Shown here: in pieces, positions 16,277 to 19,410 of the stretch
How positions within the stretch are numbered: the first letter of the stretch is position 1
How the letters are laid out: every line of letters starts with the position of its first letter
DNA from: an uncultured Methanosarcinaceae archaeon
GTDB lineage: Archaea; Halobacteriota; Methanosarcinia; Methanosarcinales; Methanosarcinaceae
Length of the DNA stretch: 19,410 nt
Direction of reading: 5' to 3'
Assembly (NCBI GenBank): GCA_963721455.1
Contig: CAVRJG010000060.1
Location: forward strand, 1 to 19,410
Made by a program: the position numbers and the translations under genes
The notes under the pieces: generated by a model
Seen by the model: the letters and a program-made list of their open reading frames with translations, nothing else
The model's database searches: none
Told to the model about the DNA's origin: nothing

Positions 16277-16405
16277 AGCTTATCCCAAAACTCAAAATTG
16301 CTTCTTTGAATTTCTAATTTGGAATAATCAATCGAGTTTCTGATCATGAAAATAGGTATGAAAACTCTTATTAATACGGGAACAAAATTGGTTTTGGGAT
16401 GAGCT
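16277..16405. mobile_element. 129-bp MITE with IS5-type ends
   Basis: AGCTTATCCCAAAAC (16277-16291) / GTTTTGGGATGAGCT (16391-16405), 14/15 inverted; 14/15 match to the IS5 end at 15243-15257. Confidence 0.85.
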
Positions 16406-16478
16406 ACTAATAAAATCTCCTAAAATCTCCTTTAATAAGATCTCCTTTAATAATATAATTTAATGGACGTGTACTGGT

Positions 16479-17330
16479 ATGCCTCATATAATGGAACTGC
16501 TGGGAAAAACAAGAGTGGTTATAAAAGACGGTAAGGTTGTGGAAGTCGGGACTCCAGACGTTGAATGGTGCCCTCTTTTTGCCAAGCTAAGGGGGGTTCA
16601 GGATATCACTTCCGAAGAAGTAAAAAAGAATATGGAATCCCGAATAAGCGATTTAGGGATGTTTACTGACAGGCGCAAGCTCCTCGAACTTGACACCTAT
16701 GTGGCTTTCGGCGCCTCCGAAATAATGATGTCAGGCTTACGCAGTGGTTTTCTTGAGACAACTGTAACTGCCTGCGACGGTGCAGGAACTGTTATTGCCA
16801 GTAACCCTGCTCTTGTCCAGGGTATCGGAGGCAGGATGTCAGGCCTTATCGAAACCGAGCCCATCGAAAGCACTATAAATGGCATTCAGGAACTCGGCGG
16901 AACCGTACTCGACCCTTCAACCGCTGCCATCGACCCTGTCGGCGGAGTAAGAAAGGCCGCAGAAACCGGCTACAAAAAGATTGCAGTAACCGTAGCTGAT
17001 TCAAAGACCGCAAAAAACCTGAGAAAACTCGAACCTGAACTCGGGCTTGACCTGATAGTGATTGCAGTACATGTAACAGGCGTCAGCAGGGAAGAAGCTC
17101 AGGGGCTTCTGGAAAACTCGGATATCGTAATCAGCTGTGCCTCCAGATATATAAGGGAACTTGCAAAGCCCCTTGTCCAGGTGGCGGCTGCGATCCCGCT
17201 TTTTGCCCTCACACAGAAAGGAAAAGAACTTGTAATTGAAAGGGCAAAGGACATAAAAAGTCCTATCTTAATCAATACCATGAAACTGCCTGTGGTGCCT
17301 GAGCACAAGCAGCCGAGGGAATTGAAATAA
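16479..17330 (+). CDS. Methanogenesis marker 8 protein (DUF2099), paralog 2
   Basis: Colinear and highly similar to 9268-10116 (MPHIMELLGKTRVVIKDGK..QPRELK). Confidence 0.88.
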   Translation: MPHIMELLGKTRVVIKDGKVVEVGTPDVEWCPLFAKLRGVQDITSEEVKKNMESRISDLGMFTDRRKLLELDTYVAFGASEIMMSGLRSGFLETTVTACDGAGTVIASNPALVQGIGGRMSGLIETEPIESTINGIQELGGTVLDPSTAAIDPVGGVRKAAETGYKKIAVTVADSKTAKNLRKLEPELGLDLIVIAVHVTGVSREEAQGLLENSDIVISCASRYIRELAKPLVQVAAAIPLFALTQKGKELVIERAKDIKSPILINTMKLPVVPEHKQPRELK

Positions 17331-17417
17331 ACATTAGTTTATCTTTTTTTATTAAGAAATAAATTATTGAATTTTTGATAGAAGTAAAAAATCAAAGTTG
17401 TGTTAATTGAACACAAA

Positions 17418-17585
17418 TCAAGATATCAGAAGAGCAAAACCCCCTATAGATATAATTCCTCTTTTTGGTCTTACAAAGAAACGAAAAGAACTTACGATTG
17501 AAGAGCAAAAGAGATAGAAAATCCGATTTTGATTAATGTGGTAGAGCTGCCTTTACTGCCTGAGCACAAGCAGCCTGGATGTTAG
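17418..17585 (+). pseudogene. 3' remnant of a third marker-8 paralog
   Basis: Translates in pieces as SRY..AKP..IPLFGLTKKRKELTIE / AKEIENPILINVVELPLLPEHKQPGC*, matching SRYIRELAKP..IPLFALTQKGKELVIERAKDIKSPILINTMKLPVVPEHKQP of paralog 2. Confidence 0.8.
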
Positions 17586-17857
17586 ATTTAGGAGCAGTAG
17601 CTTATCAACTTTTACTTATCTGTTATATAATATTCTTTTTGAAATTTTATATCATATAACAGGCTCTGAAATTTAATATGCCCCATATTTTCGGTTGTCG
17701 GTTATAGTGATCGCTACTGCTGAGAGGACTGGTTTATGTCGACTACTAAGATCCACTTTTTATATTAATGTTTTTCTTTTAATAGTATATTTTATCTATT
17801 TGTTTTTCAATATATGTATGTTATTATAATACAAAACATCATACGAGGGGTCTTAAA

Positions 17858-18954
17858 ATGAAAGAAATGACACTTGACAAAATGCCGGGGGAATACTACC
17901 ATGAAAATTTTATGCATGATGACGCGATGACGCTTTTAATGCTTGTGAATATTGCAGGCGCGGCGCCGTGCATATATTACTAACATGGGCAACAATACTA
18001 CTTCTGTAATTGACATAGCAAACAATAATGTTACAGCCACCGTGCCTGTAGGAACCAGTCCATGGGGAGTTGCAGTCAGTCCGGATGGATCAAAGGTGTA
18101 CGTGGCGAACGATAAGCAGTAACGATGTCTCTGTAATTGACACAACAAAAAACACTGTTATAGATACGGTGAAAGTAGGAACCAATCCATCTGGAGTTGC
18201 AGTCAGTCCGGATGGGTCAAAGGTATATGTGGCGAACTACGGTAACAGTAATATTTCTGTAATTGACACCTCAAACAATACTGTTACAGCCACAGTGCCT
18301 GTAGGAGTCTATCCCGCTGGTGTTGCAGTTAACCCGACAGGCAACGGACTGTGGCGAGCCTCAGCCTATATTGAGAACGTAGCTTTTAACAGTACTCTCT
18401 CTGTAATTGACACCTCAAACAATACTGTACGTAGCCACAGTACCTGTAGGAAACGGTCCTATTGGGAGTTGCCGTCAGTCCAGATGGGAATAAAGTATAT
18501 GTGGCGAACCTCTTTAGCAACACTACCTCTGTAATTAACACAATGAACAACAGTGTTATAGCCACTGTGCCTGTAGGAACCGGGCCCTGGGGAGTTGCAG
18601 TCAGTCCGGATGGACAAAAAGCATATGTAGCGAATTTATTTAGCAACACTACCTCTGTAATTGACACAATGGACAACACTGTTAAAGCCACAGTGCCTGT
18701 AGGGGCCTATCCTTCTGGAGTTGCAGTCACCCCAGATGGAACAAAAGCATATGTGGTGAACGCAGAAGGAACTGTCTCTGTCAATTGACACAACAAACAA
18801 CACTGTTATAGCCTCGGTGAAAGTAGGAGATTTCCCTCTTGTCATTGGGCAGTTTATGGGAAGGGACCAGCACAGTAACATTATCCTGTAAATTGACATA
18901 GCTACAAAAACGATTGAATACACGGTTAAGGTAGGACACAGTCCTGTGCCTTAG
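17858..18954 (+). pseudogene. YVTN beta-propeller surface protein pseudogene
   Basis: GAGGGG RBS plus ATG 17858; signal-peptide remnant (..NIAGAAP..YITN); repeated ~42-aa units VxVGxxPxGVAVSPDGxKxYVxN..SVIDT spread over several frames (frameshifts near 18120, 18430, 18780). Confidence 0.85.
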
Positions 18955-19237
18955 ATCATTAATGGTATGGCCTGGAAGATCATTTCCAGACCGAATTTTT
19001 ATGCTTGTAGGATTTCTGACGGTCCATTAATAATCATAATTATCCTAGTATATTCCCATACTTGTGTTCCGAGTCTCATTTTCACATTATATACTTCAAT
19101 TTCTGGCTTTGTAGAAAACCTATTTAAATCAGCTGCAAGATGCTGAAAATAAATAAGTAACAAATATATCAGGCAATTCAGTTCAAATTAATGGGAATTC
19201 GTTAATTCAGAGGATTTCTACAGTGCAAAAGAACAAA

Positions 19238-19408
19238 TTATCTGCGCTTTACTGTTTTCTGTGCTGATTTTTGTGCTGATTTTTGAGCGGCTTTTTGTGC
19301 TGCACGTTCAGCTTTAACTTTAGGTGCCTTCTTCGCACTCTGTTCCTTTTGTGATCTAACTTTATCAAAGATTGATGTTTTTACCGGCGAAGGTGTCCTC
19401 GTTTTCTC
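19238..19408 (-). CDS. 3' end of an unidentified gene with a basic, low-complexity tail (partial)
   Basis: Open frame from the window edge: EKTRTPSPVKTSIFDKVRSQKEQSAKKAPKVKAERAAQKAAQKSAQKSAQKTVKRR*, including 12-bp AQKS repeats. Confidence 0.65.
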   Translation of the reverse strand, partial: EKTRTPSPVKTSIFDKVRSQKEQSAKKAPKVKAERAAQKAAQKSAQKSAQKTVKRR

Positions 19409-19410
19409 TC

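Noticed and set aside
17936-18923. Minus-strand ORFs over the YVTN region
   Set aside because: Antisense mirrors of the plus-strand repeats.
1-19410. Pyrrolysine (TAG) readthrough genes, full tRNA or rRNA genes, cas genes
   Set aside because: I saw no in-frame TAG joining two homologous coding segments and no complete structural RNA or cas motif by eye.

Overview
Archaeal chromosomal window, most consistent with Methanosarcina (methanogenesis marker-8 paralogs, YVTN surface-protein repeats, TATA/BRE promoters, GGAGG/GGTG RBS). Left to right: a minus-strand iscS-iscU-moeB/thiF sulfur/Fe-S operon divergent from a Cys-rich HTH regulator, with related palindromes near both predicted transcription starts; an inactivated IS630 next to a tRNA-3'-like relic; a PaaK-family CoA ligase; an AT-rich two-gene module (STAND-like P-loop ATPase plus a TPR protein with an apparently degenerate NTPase-like N-terminus and four near-identical 120-bp repeats that vary in one codon block); two marker-8 (DUF2099) paralogs plus a third 3' remnant. 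The first two paralogs are separated by a ~6.2 kb stress-gene segment (DUF1328 small protein missed by the ORF track, triple PRC-barrel protein, decayed GT4, hemerythrin-like protein, decayed IS5, several MITEs, a candidate structured RNA). The window ends with a decayed YVTN beta-propeller gene and the 3' end of a gene with a basic tail. Best leads: the ATPase-TPR pair and the candidate isc regulator/operator. All calls are from manual reading; no database search was run.
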